Source: Desulfatiglandales bacterium (GTDB taxonomy: Bacteria > Desulfobacterota > DSM-4660 > Desulfatiglandales > HGW-15). From it: a stretch of DNA of 64,000 nt. Below, piece by piece: positions 30,754 to 42,893 of the stretch; position 1 is the stretch's first letter; the number at the start of each line of letters is the position of its first letter. The position numbers and the translations under genes are program-made. Under the pieces are notes generated by a model. That model searched no databases. It was not told the DNA's origin and saw only the letters and a program-made list of their open reading frames with translations. The stretch is taken from assembly GCA_963667015.2 (NCBI GenBank), contig CAXXJJ010000001.1, positions 384,001 to 448,000 of the forward strand, given 5' to 3'.

Positions 30754-30887
30754 GCATGGGTATATGTTGACATGACCCGTTTATCTTTGCTAATGATCTT
30801 TTTAAATCGTCCGCGAGAATAGCGTATATGTCTTTCCCCGGACGATTATTTTTTTACGATACTTATTAATCAAAGAGGAGAAATCAC

Positions 30888-31511
30888 ATGGGTTTAATAA
30901 GCGGGTCATGCAGCCTTACACGATTTATCGTGGAAGATCCGGTTCCTGCCAACTATCTTGAGACATTCCCCGAACTGATTCAGCGGTATTCATTTAAAGG
31001 TTTTGATGAATCGTCGGATGCTGAAAGGTCCCTGGGCTGGGTAAATATAATGGATATGTTTGACAGCAGTTTCAACCGGATGCAGTATCTGAAGGAACCT
31101 TATCTGGCCCTGACGTGGCGGATTGATGCGAGAAATGTCCCAGGCAAGGCCCTTAAGCAGTATTCCCTGGAGGCTGAAAGAAAGGTCATGGAGATGGAGG
31201 ACCTGGAATTCATGCCAAAGGGAAAAAGAAAAGAGATCAAAGAGATGACCCGGCTTGATTTGCTGAAGCGCGCAATCCCGACCTCTAAAATCTATGATAT
31301 GATCTGGAACCTTGATAAAGGATATGTCCTCTTCGGCGGCGCCAGTCGAAAATTATGTGATGAATTTTCCACCTTTTTTCATAAGTGTTTTAATCTGAGG
31401 CTGGGAAGTGTTTACCCCTGGCTGACCGCGTCAAGTTTTATGGAGCGGGAAGGCAGAAGGCCTGAAGAGCTTGAAGGACTCACCTATTCCATAACAGGAG
31501 TAAAAAAATAA
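30888..31511 (+). CDS. RdgC-like protein, N-terminal half
   Basis: MGLISGS.SLTRF, ERSLGWV, WRID.R.VP, LLKRAIP resemble the deltaproteobacterial RdgC-like family. Confidence 0.7.
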   Translation: MGLISGSCSLTRFIVEDPVPANYLETFPELIQRYSFKGFDESSDAERSLGWVNIMDMFDSSFNRMQYLKEPYLALTWRIDARNVPGKALKQYSLEAERKVMEMEDLEFMPKGKRKEIKEMTRLDLLKRAIPTSKIYDMIWNLDKGYVLFGGASRKLCDEFSTFFHKCFNLRLGSVYPWLTASSFMEREGRRPEELEGLTYSITGVKK

Positions 31512-31513
31512 TC

Positions 31514-32038
31514 ATGCAGCTGATAGAACGGGTAAGAGATACGGAATTCCTGGGCAGAGAGTTTTTATTATGGCTCTGGTATAACAGTGAGGTAAGGGGC
31601 GGGACATATAAGCTGGCAGACGGCGATGTCGAGTTGTGGGTCGATAAAAAAATAGTGTTAAGACACGACGATGATGAAGGGACCGAAAAGATAACCTGTA
31701 CAGGAGATAATCTCCTCCTGAAGGAAGCCAGGTTTGCCCTGAGTGAAAACAAGCAGGTGACGGAAACTCAGCTCAGGTTGAAGATAGAGGATAATGAATT
31801 CTCCTTTACCCTTGATTCTGAATGGATGAATTTTAAGGCATTTAAGACCCCCAAGGTAATGCAGGATACGGATGACGATCCTGATGGTATCTTTTATGAA
31901 AAGATGTTTCTTATTGAGCAGGCCATAGCAACTGTTGATACCATATTCGCGGAATTTATAAAGCTTCGCACATCTCCTGAGTGGGAGGGCTCTGTAAAAC
32001 CGGCACTTCTGAACTGGATATCAGAGGTGAAAATTTAG
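31514..32038 (+). CDS. Partner of the RdgC-like protein (C-terminal-half homolog)
   Basis: FLGREFLLWLW and EARFAL..NKQV motifs; 2 bp from the preceding gene. Confidence 0.65.
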   Translation: MQLIERVRDTEFLGREFLLWLWYNSEVRGGTYKLADGDVELWVDKKIVLRHDDDEGTEKITCTGDNLLLKEARFALSENKQVTETQLRLKIEDNEFSFTLDSEWMNFKAFKTPKVMQDTDDDPDGIFYEKMFLIEQAIATVDTIFAEFIKLRTSPEWEGSVKPALLNWISEVKI

Positions 32039-32382
32039 TATTATCACTTTTTATAACTCTATAACCGGGAACCATAGATTGATTTATTTCATCTGGTGAC
32101 AGTTGATGTTATACTTGTAACTATAAATATTCTCAATTTCTTCCTGATCTACTCATATACTGATTTTAATGGCTGAAATGGATAAACGTAACCGAATTTG
32201 TCTGTTTTACCTGTCGAAATGACTGAATAAATTAATTTTCTTGCTAACCTTGGATGATATGGTATTATTGGCCTTATTTAATTTTAACCTAAAATTAATT
32301 GGATTTCAGAGAATCAATTGTAACCAGAACATTCATTAACCATATTCAGGCGGGTAACTTAAGCAGGTCTTTAACATAAGGA

Positions 32383-33612
32383 ATGGGATATATGGCGCTT
32401 ACAGGAAAAAGAAAAATAGCAATCATTCTGGCAACCATACTTATCATTGCCTTTGTATGGCAAGTCATCTCTCGCATCAGGGAGCAGGGAGGCAGTAATG
32501 GCTTCCGGGGCCAAATGGGAGCCCAGGCGGTTCCGGTAGAGGTGGCGGAGATCAAAGTCGGGTCTATTGAACGGAGAAAAACATTCAGCGGTACACTGGA
32601 GTCCCCTTCCGAATTTGTGATCGCACCTAAAATAGGCGGTCGTGTGAAACTTCTTAATGTTGATATAGGCGATACCATAAAACGAAATCAGGTGGTTGCC
32701 AGGCTGGATGATGCGGAATATGAACAGGCTGTTCTTCTGGCAAAGGCGGATCTGGCGGTTGCAAAGGCCAATCTGATTGAGGCACAAAGCGCTGATGAAA
32801 TAGCAGAAAGGGAATTAAAAAGAATAAGTGAATTACTCAAGGCGGGATTGGCTTCGGATTCGGAATATGATTCGGCAAGGGCTGACCACCTGGCAAAGCA
32901 GGCAAGGCTTGCGGTCTCGGAAGCCCAGGTAAAGAGGGCAGAGGCATCCCTTGAGACAGCAAAAATACGACAAAATTACACTGAGATAATGGCCGGCTGG
33001 ACAGGCGGGGATGACAACAGGACAGTAGCCGAACGATTCGTCAATGAAGGGGATATGGTATCCACAAATACCCCTCTTCTTTCCATTGTTGAGCTTGATC
33101 CGCTTCTTGGTATTCTATATGTGTCTGAAAAGGATTATGTTTATCTCAAAATCGGGCAGCAGGCCTTTTTAACCACAGATGCCCATCCCGATGAGGTCTT
33201 TCCCGGCCGGATAAGCCGTATTGCCCCTGTTTTCAGGCAGGCAACAAGGCAGGCAAGAGTCGAAATTACCTTAGACAACCATGAATTAAGGCTGAAACCG
33301 GGTATGTTCATTCGCACTACGATTGTATTCGAAAAGCTTATGAACGCCATGATTGTTCCCGAGCAGGCCCTCACAAAAAGGGAATATAAGGATGGTATCT
33401 TTGTTGTGAACAATGATCGTAAGACTGTCAGGTGGTGCCCTGTAAAGGTAGGAATTCGTGATAATGAAGAGGTTCAGATTGAGTGTGAAGGTCTGACAAA
33501 AGGGCTTGTAGTTACCCTTGGACAGCAGCTTCTTGATGACGGATCAGAGATCTTTATTTCAGGGGATAGCAATCAGTCAGGCACTGATAATAAAATGGAG
33601 GCCGACAAATGA
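32383..33612 (+). CDS. RND efflux periplasmic adaptor
   Basis: IAPKIGGRV, long coiled coil, LKPGMF. Confidence 0.92.
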   Translation: MGYMALTGKRKIAIILATILIIAFVWQVISRIREQGGSNGFRGQMGAQAVPVEVAEIKVGSIERRKTFSGTLESPSEFVIAPKIGGRVKLLNVDIGDTIKRNQVVARLDDAEYEQAVLLAKADLAVAKANLIEAQSADEIAERELKRISELLKAGLASDSEYDSARADHLAKQARLAVSEAQVKRAEASLETAKIRQNYTEIMAGWTGGDDNRTVAERFVNEGDMVSTNTPLLSIVELDPLLGILYVSEKDYVYLKIGQQAFLTTDAHPDEVFPGRISRIAPVFRQATRQARVEITLDNHELRLKPGMFIRTTIVFEKLMNAMIVPEQALTKREYKDGIFVVNNDRKTVRWCPVKVGIRDNEEVQIECEGLTKGLVVTLGQQLLDDGSEIFISGDSNQSGTDNKMEADK

Positions 33613-36600
33613 CCCTAGCGGAATTCAGTGTAAAACGCCCCATAGTTATCACGATGGTTACGCTTATAGTAATCATACTGGGAGCAGTATCATTGAGCCG
33701 GCTTCGAATAGATATGCTTCCCAGTGTTGAAATGCCTACCCTGAGCGTGCGTACATCATACGCAGGTGCAAGCCCGGAGGTAATGGAACGGCTTGTCACC
33801 CAGCCACTTGAGGAGATAATAGCCACAGTCCCCGGTGTTGAAGAAATGACCTCCAACTCATCGGAAGGTAACAGTCAAATACGGGTAACCTTTGTATGGG
33901 GAACCGACATTAATACTATTGCAATTGATCTTCAGGGTAAAATCGAAGATGGAATGAATGATTTGCCTGAGGACGTTATAAGACCAAGAGTCGACAAGTT
34001 TGATATATCAAGTATGCCGGTGGTGATACTGGGAATATCCAGTAAGCTTGATCCCATTGAACTGACAGAACTGGTTGAAGACCAGATCAGATACAGGTTT
34101 GCAAGGATATCGGGTGTTGCCCAGGTTGATATCTGGGGAGGTTATAACAGGGAGGTCAGGGTAGAGCTGAATCCCCAGAGCCTGAAGGCCCTGAATATAC
34201 CCCTTGACCGGATTTTACAGGCTATACGTGACGCCAATCTTGACAGGCCTGCCGGAAAGATAGAGGAGGGAAAGTATGATATTGCCCTGAGGGCGCCCGC
34301 TGAATTTACGAGCCTGGATCAGATAAAAAATACGGTTCTTCTCACACATGACGGCGCAGCCGTGACCCTTGGTCAGATCGCAGAGGTTAAGGACACCTAT
34401 CAAAAGCTCGAAAGGATTGTAAGGGTAAATAGAGAGCTCGGAATGAGGCTCGGAATCCGGAAGGAGGCTGATGAAAACACGGTAGAGGTCTCAAAACGTG
34501 TACTGGCGGAAATTGAGAAGGTCAACAGGGATTTTCCCCAGGTCCATATTATCCCTGTAATAAATCAGGGAAACTTTATTGAAAGATCCATCCAGAACGT
34601 GGCAAATTCGGTCCTCTACGGTGGGGCTCTTGCAATTGTTGTGCTGCTGTTTTTCCTGAGAAATGTGAGGAGCACCATTGTCATTTCCCTTGCCATACCC
34701 ATTTCCATTATCGCCACCTTCACACTCCTTTACTTTGGCAATTTTACGCTCAACCTGATGACACTGGGAGGGCTGGCCCTGGGGGTAGGAATGATGGTTG
34801 ACGGCTCCATTGTTGTTCTTGAAAACACCTTCCGGCACAGGGATGAAAACAATGAAACGCCCTATTATGCTGCCATCAATGGCACAAAAGAGGTCGGAGG
34901 GGCAATTATCGCGAGCACTATCACTACACTTGTAATTTTTTTACCCCTTATTTTCGTGAAAGGCATTTCAGGCATACTTTTTAAAGAACTGGCATATGTT
35001 ATTATATTTTCACTTATCTGTTCCCTTATGGTGTCCCTGAGCCTGGTTCCAATGCTTGCCTCCAGGCTTCTTGAGGCTGCGGAGCATAAAACAAAGGAAA
35101 AGAAGCAGCTGGTCGCCCGGTTTCTGGATATTTCTTCAGTCCTTTTGAATTCACTGAACAATTCCTACAGAAAACTAATCGGTCTTGCCCTGGCCCACAG
35201 GGGTAGAACCATATTTATTTCAGCCATGTTACTCCTCCTCAGCTTTCTCCTTTACCCGCTTATAGGGACGGAACTGCTTCCTCCCAGTGACGAGGGAGAA
35301 GTCCGTGTCAATGGAGAGATGGAGGTAGGTCTCAGGCTTGAAATTGCTGATGAACAGACAAAAAAAATGGAGGATATTGTCTACCCCGCTGTGCCGGAAC
35401 TTGTCTCATCTGTTGTGAGTATAGGATCCTCCTGGCGCGGAGGAGGAGGTTCCAGGGGAGAAATAAATATCTCCCTGACGCCGCTTAAAGAACGCAGCAG
35501 GTCCAATGTTGAGATAGCAAATGATCTGAGGAAACGGCTTAGCGGAAAAATCCCCGGAATGGATATAAGGGTCCAGGCACCCCAGGGACAGTTCATTCTG
35601 AACCGGCTTATCGGCAGCGGCCAGGAAGGCCTTTCAATAGAAATACGGGGATATGACCTTGAAACCCTCGATCTCTTAGCGGACAGGGTGCTCGATGCAA
35701 TAAAGGATGTGCCCGGAATTACGGATACGGATTTAAGCAGGAAAGCCGGTGTTCCCCAGAAGGAAATCCATGTGGACAGGGATAAGGCGGCTGACCTGGG
35801 TTTAAGTATGAGAGATGTTTCAAGGGTTCTTGAAACCGCTATTGCCGGCTCAAAGACCGGAGAATACCGCACCGGCGGTAATTCCTACAGGATACTTGTT
35901 CAGCTCAAGGATGCCGAAAAGATGTCTATTGATGAAATACTGAACCTGACACTTACAACCGGCTCCGGAGAGCTTGTTACCCTGAGAAATGTGGTGAGGG
36001 AGGAGTCGGGCAGGGGGCCGGTTCTCATAGAAAGAAAAGATCAGCAGCGCATAGCCTATGTAACTGCAAATATTGCCAACAGGGATGTAGGTTCTGTTGC
36101 AAAGGATGTACAGGAGCGATTGTACAGGATAGCAAAACCCATTGGTTACGATTTGAAGGTGGCGGGCAATTTTGAAGAACAGAAGGATGCCTTTCATGAA
36201 CTTATAATTTCCCTCGCGCTTGCCCTTGTGCTTGTCTACATGGTCCTTGCCTGTCAGTATGAATCCCTTAAAAACCCCCTTGTAGTTATGTTTTCTGTGC
36301 CGGTTGGAGCGGTGGGGGTACTTGTAACACTTTTTCTTACGAACACTACCCTGAACATACAATCCTACATAGGGTGTATTATGCTGGGGGGGATTGCTGT
36401 TAATAACGCCATTCTTCTTGTTGACCAGGCAGGGCAGCTTGCCAGAGACGGTATGCCTGTGAATGAGGCGGTTATGGAGGCAGGCCGAAGAAGGCTCAGG
36501 CCCATTCTCATGACAACACTTACAACAATATTCGGCCTCCTGCCCCTTGCACTTGGCATCGGAGAGGGCGCCGAAGCACAGGCCCCTCTCGCCAGGGCGG

Positions 36601-36692
36601 TTGTTGGCGGGCTTACGGCCTCTACACTGATAACCCTGGTTCTTATTCCTGTGATATATACATTATTTCATCGAGAGGGTAATAAACAATGA
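33609..36692 (+). CDS. RND efflux permease (AcrB/MdtBC family)
   Basis: 1027 aa; [36 protein letters not shown]. Confidence 0.95.
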   Translation: MTLAEFSVKRPIVITMVTLIVIILGAVSLSRLRIDMLPSVEMPTLSVRTSYAGASPEVMERLVTQPLEEIIATVPGVEEMTSNSSEGNSQIRVTFVWGTDINTIAIDLQGKIEDGMNDLPEDVIRPRVDKFDISSMPVVILGISSKLDPIELTELVEDQIRYRFARISGVAQVDIWGGYNREVRVELNPQSLKALNIPLDRILQAIRDANLDRPAGKIEEGKYDIALRAPAEFTSLDQIKNTVLLTHDGAAVTLGQIAEVKDTYQKLERIVRVNRELGMRLGIRKEADENTVEVSKRVLAEIEKVNRDFPQVHIIPVINQGNFIERSIQNVANSVLYGGALAIVVLLFFLRNVRSTIVISLAIPISIIATFTLLYFGNFTLNLMTLGGLALGVGMMVDGSIVVLENTFRHRDENNETPYYAAINGTKEVGGAIIASTITTLVIFLPLIFVKGISGILFKELAYVIIFSLICSLMVSLSLVPMLASRLLEAAEHKTKEKKQLVARFLDISSVLLNSLNNSYRKLIGLALAHRGRTIFISAMLLLLSFLLYPLIGTELLPPSDEGEVRVNGEMEVGLRLEIADEQTKKMEDIVYPAVPELVSSVVSIGSSWRGGGGSRGEINISLTPLKERSRSNVEIANDLRKRLSGKIPGMDIRVQAPQGQFILNRLIGSGQEGLSIEIRGYDLETLDLLADRVLDAIKDVPGITDTDLSRKAGVPQKEIHVDRDKAADLGLSMRDVSRVLETAIAGSKTGEYRTGGNSYRILVQLKDAEKMSIDEILNLTLTTGSGELVTLRNVVREESGRGPVLIERKDQQRIAYVTANIANRDVGSVAKDVQERLYRIAKPIGYDLKVAGNFEEQKDAFHELIISLALALVLVYMVLACQYESLKNPLVVMFSVPVGAVGVLVTLFLTNTTLNIQSYIGCIMLGGIAVNNAILLVDQAGQLARDGMPVNEAVMEAGRRRLRPILMTTLTTIFGLLPLALGIGEGAEAQAPLARAVVGGLTASTLITLVLIPVIYTLFHREGNKQ

Positions 36693-38218
36693 TCGCGAAA
36701 TACAGGTTCAGAGAAGGTATGCTGATGTTTATGTTCGCATGCATATTTCTTACACCTCTTTCTTCATTATCCGCATCAGATGAAGAGGCGGCAGAAACCC
36801 AGGGGATATCCATAACAGAAGCAACCCTGCGTGCGCTTGAAAATAATCAGGCATTTCAGATCGAACGGTTAAATCCCGAGATCCGGAAAACCTATGAAAG
36901 CGAAGAAAAGGCTGTTTTTGATCCGGCCCTAACCTTTGAGAGTACCCAGTCAAAAAGTACACTAGCCAGCGGGATCGTAGATCTTACCAAGATCGAGAGA
37001 AAAAATAATAATCTGGAGGTCTCAAAGACATTTTCAACCGGTACGGAACTATCCCTGGGAGTCGAGACACAGCGTATTGATTCGGAAAGATCGGGATTTT
37101 CATCTATTCAGACCAGTGCAGCAGGTGTGCTTTCACTCAACCAGCCCATTTTAAAGGGATTTGGAAGAGGCGCAAATCTGGCGAACCTGAGGAAGGCTCA
37201 ACTTGCGCTCCTTGCCTCCGAATACGAGCTCAGGGGGTTTGCAGAAAACCTGGTTGCAGATGTGGAAAAAACATGCTGGGATTATGTTCTGTCCCAGAGG
37301 AGGATTTCAATCTTTCAGGAATCACTGAAGCTTGCAGAAGACCAGCTTGACGAAACCCGGAAGAGAATAACGATTGGCAAGCTTGCCAAGGTAGAACTTT
37401 ATGCTGCTGAAGCCGAGGTGGCACTGCGTAAAGAGGCGCTTATAAATGCCAGAAGTAATCTTGAGCTTACCAGGCTTAAACTGCAGCGCCTCCTTAACAA
37501 TCCTGACAGTAACCCGCTGGAATCGGAAATAAACATCTCTGATATTCCTGTTGCTGTTGAAGCAGATATAACTGCAATATCGGAGCATATAAGCAGGGCA
37601 CTTAAAATGAGACCCGAAATAAACCAGGCAAGGCTTGACCTGGAACAGGATGAAATTGAAATTGTACGCACAAAAAACGGGCTTTTACCGGTGCTGGATT
37701 TTTTTATTACCCTTGGCAAAACAGGGTATGCAGACTCCTTTGGAGAGGCATTCAAAAGTATTGATGATGCGAAGTACGATGTTTCAGCCGGGATTACATT
37801 TCATTTCCCCATAAAAAAAAGGGCAGACAAGGCAAGGTATGACAGGTCGGTTCTATACAGGAAGCAGTCCGAAGAGGCACTTAAAAACCTGGAACAGCTG
37901 GTTGAAATGGATGTGCGTCTGGCTGTAATCGAAATTAATCGTGCAAAGGAACAGGTCTCTGCCACTGCCGCCACAAGGAAGCTTCAGGAGGAATCCTTAA
38001 GGGCAGAGACTGAAAAATTTCGGGTAGGTAAGTCAACTGCCCTCCTGGTTGCACGGGCACAGAGAGATTTTGTGGAAAGCAAGATAACAGAGATTGATGC
38101 CCTGATAACCTATCTTAAGGCAACGATCAATCTTTATCAGGAGGAAGGAACCCTTCTTACGAGAAGAGGGATAACCGCTCCAGGGGATGATCCGGTGACA
38201 TTAAGCGTTGTTGACTAA
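36689..38218 (+). CDS. TolC-family outer-membrane protein
   Basis: Signal peptide; [21 protein letters not shown] repeats. Confidence 0.9.
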   Translation: MIAKYRFREGMLMFMFACIFLTPLSSLSASDEEAAETQGISITEATLRALENNQAFQIERLNPEIRKTYESEEKAVFDPALTFESTQSKSTLASGIVDLTKIERKNNNLEVSKTFSTGTELSLGVETQRIDSERSGFSSIQTSAAGVLSLNQPILKGFGRGANLANLRKAQLALLASEYELRGFAENLVADVEKTCWDYVLSQRRISIFQESLKLAEDQLDETRKRITIGKLAKVELYAAEAEVALRKEALINARSNLELTRLKLQRLLNNPDSNPLESEINISDIPVAVEADITAISEHISRALKMRPEINQARLDLEQDEIEIVRTKNGLLPVLDFFITLGKTGYADSFGEAFKSIDDAKYDVSAGITFHFPIKKRADKARYDRSVLYRKQSEEALKNLEQLVEMDVRLAVIEINRAKEQVSATAATRKLQEESLRAETEKFRVGKSTALLVARAQRDFVESKITEIDALITYLKATINLYQEEGTLLTRRGITAPGDDPVTLSVVD

Positions 38219-38245
38219 ATCCTCTACGGAAAAGAGAAAAACATG

Positions 38246-38382
38246 TATCTCGCAGCCGCCGTCGTCCAGGGCTATGGCGTGCCAGGGAGCCCGCAGAGTT
38301 CGCAAATAAAGATAATATATAAACCATGAAAAATAGCTTTTCTCTGTACGCTCTAGTGATCGAAGGGAGCGGGCGAGAGATA
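38246..38382. repeat. Composite REP-like imperfect palindrome between convergent operons
   Basis: Outer arms tatctcgc / gcgagagata; inner gcagag / ctctgt arms; nested GC hairpin 38257-38279; AT-rich centre. Confidence 0.55.
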
Positions 38383-38399
38383 TGAAATCTTTCGGCAGA

Positions 38400-38843
38400 T
38401 TATGACTTATGGAAAGCACTTCTTGGTGAAGAGATAATCTCCTTGATTCTTGCTTCCCTTATTTTATCCTCATGCTCGGTTTTTTTCTTGTAGGCATTGT
38501 TTAGCTTCTGCGTAAGATCGTCCGTCTCGCATGGCTTCATGAGGTAGTCATAGGCCCCGAGTTTCATGCCTTCAATGGCAGTTTCAACCGTTGCGTTTCC
38601 AGTAAGCATAATGACCTCGGTCAGCGGTTTTATGGTCTTTATCTCCTTTAATACATCTATGCCATTGGTTCCCGGCATTTTTACATCCAGGATAACAATA
38701 TCATAATTATGCTCTTTTATTTTATCCAGTGCATCCTGTCCCGAATATGATGTGGCAACATTATATTCACGGATGGTCAGCCTTTCAGCCAGAGCATTTA
38801 CAAAATCCTCTTCATCATCGACAATAAGTATTCGTGGTGTCAT
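38400..38843 (-). CDS. Stand-alone receiver-domain response regulator
   Basis: ILIVDDE, LDVKMPG, MLTGNA, YLMKP. Confidence 0.92.
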   Translation of the reverse strand: MTPRILIVDDEEDFVNALAERLTIREYNVATSYSGQDALDKIKEHNYDIVILDVKMPGTNGIDVLKEIKTIKPLTEVIMLTGNATVETAIEGMKLGAYDYLMKPCETDDLTQKLNNAYKKKTEHEDKIREARIKEIISSPRSAFHKS

Positions 38844-38866
38844 AATAAGCCTCCCTGTTTATATTG

Positions 38867-39526
38867 CTATGCTCCCGATCCGACCGGTATATCCAGTATA
38901 AATGAATCGGAACCTTCTTTACACATAATTTTTGCTTTAAGCTTCTCAATAATACCCGCTGATCCGGATAATAAATTATTTTCTATTTCTTTTCCGGAAG
39001 ATATTCTCCTGAACTCTACTCTGAGACGCTCTTCTTCCCTGTGAGCTGACATTAATATGGTTTTTTCTTCACCCGGGTATTGCATTGCCTGGTCAAGGCA
39101 AAGATAGATTATATTTTCAAAGAGAAAAGGGAAAGTGGTAATTTCCAGTGGTTCAGCCGGAAGCTCCGGTTTGATAATTACACCCTTCATGGCTGCAAAT
39201 CTCTCTGACAGCCTAACCATAAATTCTATATATTCGCATGCATTAATCTTCATGAAGGTATTGTCGACACTGTGAGCAAATCTGTTCATGTTGTTAACTA
39301 TATTGTCAGACCGTTTTACCTGCTCAAGAACCTTTTCCACCCTGCCTGCTATCCTGCCCAGATCAAGCGGATGTCCCTTTTCCGACATCATTATTAAATC
39401 CTTTATAAGGCCGGCATTTTCATTGATGACTGCAAGGGTATTTCTTATTTCATGGGAGATTGAGGCATTCATCTTTCCAAAGAACTTTAATCCGTCATAT
39501 TCAGTAGATTCATCATGATGGGTCAT
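38867..39526 (-). CDS. HisKA-domain protein with a degenerate ATPase domain
   Basis: ASISHEIRNTLAVINENAGL H-box; no N, G1 or G2 boxes. Confidence 0.8.
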   Translation of the reverse strand: MTHHDESTEYDGLKFFGKMNASISHEIRNTLAVINENAGLIKDLIMMSEKGHPLDLGRIAGRVEKVLEQVKRSDNIVNNMNRFAHSVDNTFMKINACEYIEFMVRLSERFAAMKGVIIKPELPAEPLEITTFPFLFENIIYLCLDQAMQYPGEEKTILMSAHREEERLRVEFRRISSGKEIENNLLSGSAGIIEKLKAKIMCKEGSDSFILDIPVGSGA

Positions 39527-39906
39527 TTTGCCCCTCCGGCAGCAGACATTACTTCATTCATTTTTTTTATCAGGTCTTCAATGTTTACAGGTTTTACCAG
39601 ATAATATTCCGAACCTGCCTCCATGGAGCCGGCCTTGAAATCAGCTTCGGATCCATGACCTGTCATAAAGATAAATTTCATCCCCGGATGTTTCTGCTCC
39701 ATAAGCTTCTTAAGTGCTATCCCGCTTATTCCCGGCATTTTAACATCCAGTACCGCAATATCGTATGGATTTCTATCTGCCTTATACAGTGCTTCTTCCG
39801 CACCGGTGGCCCAGTCAGCCTGAATGTCCCTCATTATCAGCCTTTCTGCAAGTGTATCGACCAGTTCGGCTTCGTCATCAACAAGAAGCACCTTTATATT
39901 TTCCAC
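39523..39906 (-). CDS. Stand-alone receiver-domain response regulator
   Basis: LLVDDE, LDVKMPG, MTGHGS, LVKP. Confidence 0.92.
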   Translation of the reverse strand: MENIKVLLVDDEAELVDTLAERLIMRDIQADWATGAEEALYKADRNPYDIAVLDVKMPGISGIALKKLMEQKHPGMKFIFMTGHGSEADFKAGSMEAGSEYYLVKPVNIEDLIKKMNEVMSAAGGAK

Positions 39907-39908
39907 TT

Positions 39909-41633
39909 CTATTTCTCCCTGTTTAAAGGTATAGAAATTGTAAATATCGTTCCCTTATTTAATTCGCTTGAAACCTGGATTTTCCCACCGATCTCCTGCG
40001 TGAGGTTATATGTAATAGACAGACCAAGTCCGGTTCCGCCCTGTCCGGTTTTGGTAGAATAAAATGGTTCAAAGATCTTTTTCAGATCTTCCCTGGCGAT
40101 CCCGCATCCGTTATCTGCAACCATGATTGACACAAAGCCATTTTCCTCCATTTTTGCTTTAATTTCAATCATTCCGCTGTCATTTACCGCGGCAAATGCA
40201 TTATTTATCAGATTAAGAAATATCTGCTGAAGTTTTCCTCTGTCACTTTTAAAGACTGGTATATCTTCATCTATTTCAAGGATGATATTAATCTGCCGAT
40301 ACTGGGCTTCTTTATCCATGAAACCCAGGACCTCCTGGATGGTCTCCTTAAGATTGACCGGCTCGATGCTTGCCTGGAGATTACGGGCAAATGAAAGAAG
40401 CCTTTTCGTAATTGTGCCGGTTCTTTTTACTGATTTAAGGATGGAATCAACAAGTCTCATCAGTTTTTCATCATCTTGATACTGTTTTTTTATTACAAAA
40501 AGATCTTTTATAAGCCCGGCCTTTTCATTGATAATCGCAAGGGGATTATTGATTTCATGGGCAACACTGGCAGCGAGACGACCGATAGATGCCATCTTGT
40601 TTGCATATTCCGCCTGATGGAATGTGCTTAGTCGCCTTTCGTCGGCAATCCTCATTTTCCTTATCAAGTAGGTGCCAGTCCCGAGTATAACCGTGCTTAT
40701 GACGGTTATACTGAAGATAAGAAACAGGATAAGCTGGAGCCTGGTGCGGGACCAGGGCTTCATCAACTCCCGTTTATCCTTGACAACCATGAGGATAAAG
40801 GGTGATTGATCAATAAATCTGTAACCGATCACCAGCGCCTTTCCTGCCCTTGTTACTGTTTCATATACCTTGCTTTCGGGTGAGAACACAGGGACGTCCA
40901 GGGGTAATTTATCCAGAACCTCCCCGTAGTATCTGGAACTTGTCTGCAGTATGCCCTCATGATTAATCATAAAGGCATCACCGTTTCCTGCCAGTTCAAG
41001 GTTTGAGAGCAGGGATTCAAACAGCTCTATGCCTATGGCGGAGCGCAGGATAAAGAATGATCCGTCTGACGACTCTTTTTTTACAGCGATTACCATGTGA
41101 GGAACGTTCCGGTATCCCAGGAATACATCACTTATATGCACTCCATTCTCAACAACCTGTTTGTACCATTCCTGGCCATTGTAATCCTTTCCCTTGAGGT
41201 TATATGGCCCCTCATAAATTTTCTGGACCCCTTTGTCGTCAATTACGCCAAGATCCACAAAACCTCCGCCGAAACTTTTTTTCAGATCGGTCAGAATCTT
41301 CTCCAGCCTGTTTCCTCTGGCCAGATCATTAAAGCTGTTTTCATGGACAATAAAGTCAAGGGCTGATTTCCTTTCGGAAAGCAGAAACGCGATATTCCTG
41401 TTATTGTTTGAAACAATCCGGGTTGTTCGAAGCAGGAATTCAGATTCAATGGCCTCCTGAGTGACCTGATAGTCTGTGACAGTGATAACAATAAGAGGAA
41501 GCAGGGCAACACTGCCCATAAGCAGTACTGCCACCCACCAGATTCGTCGGTAATTGAACAGGTACCTGGATCTTATGGGTTGAGTCATCGACTTGTCTCT
41601 CTCAGGAGATGTTATTTTATCCCATAGACTCAT
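39909..41633 (-). CDS. NtrB-type sensor histidine kinase with a Cache-like periplasmic domain
   Basis: Two TM helices; VAHEINNPL, NLINNA, DNGCG, GTGLGL. Confidence 0.93.
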   Translation of the reverse strand: MSLWDKITSPERDKSMTQPIRSRYLFNYRRIWWVAVLLMGSVALLPLIVITVTDYQVTQEAIESEFLLRTTRIVSNNNRNIAFLLSERKSALDFIVHENSFNDLARGNRLEKILTDLKKSFGGGFVDLGVIDDKGVQKIYEGPYNLKGKDYNGQEWYKQVVENGVHISDVFLGYRNVPHMVIAVKKESSDGSFFILRSAIGIELFESLLSNLELAGNGDAFMINHEGILQTSSRYYGEVLDKLPLDVPVFSPESKVYETVTRAGKALVIGYRFIDQSPFILMVVKDKRELMKPWSRTRLQLILFLIFSITVISTVILGTGTYLIRKMRIADERRLSTFHQAEYANKMASIGRLAASVAHEINNPLAIINEKAGLIKDLFVIKKQYQDDEKLMRLVDSILKSVKRTGTITKRLLSFARNLQASIEPVNLKETIQEVLGFMDKEAQYRQINIILEIDEDIPVFKSDRGKLQQIFLNLINNAFAAVNDSGMIEIKAKMEENGFVSIMVADNGCGIAREDLKKIFEPFYSTKTGQGGTGLGLSITYNLTQEIGGKIQVSSELNKGTIFTISIPLNREK

Positions 41634-41647
41634 TTTGTATCCGTTTA

Positions 41648-42874
41648 TTATTTGGTGTCAGACTTCCTGCCCTGTATCTTTTCGTTAGCCTGTTTTATTG
41701 TCTCACTTAAAAGATCAATATCGACAGGCTTATGGAGATAGGCAAAGGCCCCCAGATCCATACAAACCTCTCTATCCGCTTCTGAGCCGTGCCCGGTGAG
41801 TATTATTACCTCAATCTCGGGCTGGGTTTCCTTTACCTTTCTTAGTACCTCAATTCCATCGATGCCTGGCATTCTCAGGTCAAGAATCATTACCTCGGGC
41901 TCATCTTCCTTGATGAGTTCCAGAGCAGATTCGCCATCATAGGCAACAGCAGAGCCCATATCCCTCATTAAAAGTCTTTCCGAAAGTGTCTGAACAAACT
42001 CCCTTTCATCATCAACAAGAAGGACCTTTGAAGGCATTTCAAAATCATATTTTCGATATATGTCAGCCTGATGGAATTCGGGACCGACCTTTGTGATCAC
42101 ACTCTTTACATCAGGAATTTTAGAGGCGATACTCTTTAATTCCTCCTCCAGCCTTGAAAGCATGAGGACATTCTTGTTTATGGTAAGTGTGATCTCGCCG
42201 TTGTCAGCGGTTACCTCAACATTGTGACCTGACCTTGTAAGGGCGGCCTCTATTTTTGCCGCAAGTTCAAAGTCCCTGACAGCCTTTTTGGTGGAATCAT
42301 TATAGGCAAGTGCATCCTTATTTATAACCCTGGATATCAGAGCGGTAATTTCATCATCCTTCATTTTATCGGTTGGAACAATGACATCATATAAAACGGG
42401 GTCCCAGGGATCATTCCGGTGAAACAGGCCGTTTATCCATGCTGCACGGTCTTCATCGGTTTTTCTGATAATCTTGACCGCTTCATTTTCGGATATTGAA
42501 TCCTTTTCCATGGCCAGGGCTATACGGGATTTCATGTCTGCGATAAGGCAGACCTTCAATACGTGGTTTACGCTCTGAGGCAGCAGCAGGCCAGAAAAAC
42601 CTTCTATTATGATTTTGTCCTGTGAGAGCTTTCCGGCCAGTGCTAGCTTGAGATGTGCGACTGATCGTTCCTTTTCATGGGTAAATTTATTGAACACGGA
42701 TGCCTTTGCAGAAAAGGAGCGTTCAATCTTGCCGGAGGGTATACCTGAAATCCTGCTTGCTTCACTGATAATCTCATTATCTTTTACCAGCTGATAGCCT
42801 GTACTTTCCGCAATTTTATTTGTAAGGGAGGTCTCCCTGCAAAAAATGCCGCCAAATAAGCTTATTATTGACAT
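41648..42874 (-). CDS. Cytidylate-kinase-like + BON-like + receiver fusion protein
   Basis: VLKVCLIA...RI...DEDRAAW...DPWDPVLYDV (CMK-like); C-terminal REC (LVDDE, LDLRMPG, LHKP); GGAGG RBS before ATG 42874. Confidence 0.8.
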   Translation of the reverse strand: MSIISLFGGIFCRETSLTNKIAESTGYQLVKDNEIISEASRISGIPSGKIERSFSAKASVFNKFTHEKERSVAHLKLALAGKLSQDKIIIEGFSGLLLPQSVNHVLKVCLIADMKSRIALAMEKDSISENEAVKIIRKTDEDRAAWINGLFHRNDPWDPVLYDVIVPTDKMKDDEITALISRVINKDALAYNDSTKKAVRDFELAAKIEAALTRSGHNVEVTADNGEITLTINKNVLMLSRLEEELKSIASKIPDVKSVITKVGPEFHQADIYRKYDFEMPSKVLLVDDEREFVQTLSERLLMRDMGSAVAYDGESALELIKEDEPEVMILDLRMPGIDGIEVLRKVKETQPEIEVIILTGHGSEADREVCMDLGAFAYLHKPVDIDLLSETIKQANEKIQGRKSDTK

Positions 42875-42893
42875 AGTTCTATTTCCTCCATTA

